DNA of 64,000 bases from Syncephalis fuscata S228 (taxonomy: Eukaryota > Fungi > Zoopagomycota), in assembly GCA_025786725.1 (NCBI GenBank), contig JAHLTZ010000003.1, positions 434,001-498,000 of the forward strand, given 5' to 3'. Positions 63,701 through 64,000 of the stretch are shown in pieces. Every line of letters starts with the position of its first letter. Position 1 is the stretch's first letter. The position numbers and the translations under genes were made by a program. A model generated the notes under the pieces. The model saw only the letters and a program-made list of their open reading frames with translations. It was not told the DNA's origin and did no database searches.

Positions 63701-64000
63701 CTAATCAGTAGATTCTACTTTTGTATTATATACTCTATCCATAATCATTATTATTATTATTATTATTATTCTATTGTTTGTAAAGTGGTTTAATAATATG
63801 AATACTCTTTCTCTTCTTTCTTTTCGCTTTATATAGCATTCTAACTAGCATTTAAAACCTTTATCAATGACTTAAATAAATCCCACTCATCTTTTATTAA
63901 CAACTACTATTTAATAATACTTTTTATTTATATTCTACATACACACATCTATTAGATATTTAATCAAACTCTGCAGGCCATAATCGATCAAATACACTTC

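Overview
Eukaryotic, fungal-type DNA with short (about 45-85 nt) GT-AG introns and AT-rich spacers. By gene content it looks like an early-diverging lineage such as Zoopagomycota; that placement is inference, not shown. The main feature is an array of 11 paralogous genes for secreted type-3 di-copper oxidases (tyrosinase/catechol-oxidase family): nine in tandem at 1-24059, plus one each at 27805-29512 and 39558-41882. All have a signal peptide, an intact H-x7-H-x8-H CuA site and a CuB site, resembling fungal 'short' polyphenol oxidases. All ten complete copies also carry a conserved ~65-aa C-terminal module that I do not recognise (DR..L..LR...PLP..W..MN......VR..E..........N....YISPAAL). It is joined to the catalytic domain by hypervariable linkers, often with a dibasic Kex2-like site. 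The paralogs show a mosaic of presence and absence at three intron positions and diversified active-site second-shell residues. The rest of the window holds housekeeping genes (ketohexokinase-like, ALG13, RFT1, HMG-CoA lyase, RRP12, LIM-binding/SEUSS-like regulator, HAS1, O-GlcNAc transferase), one hypothetical membrane protein, and a foldback/MITE-like repeat family. Many single-base frameshifts, including in essential genes, point to assembly indel errors. TYR1-TYR11 are my own labels.
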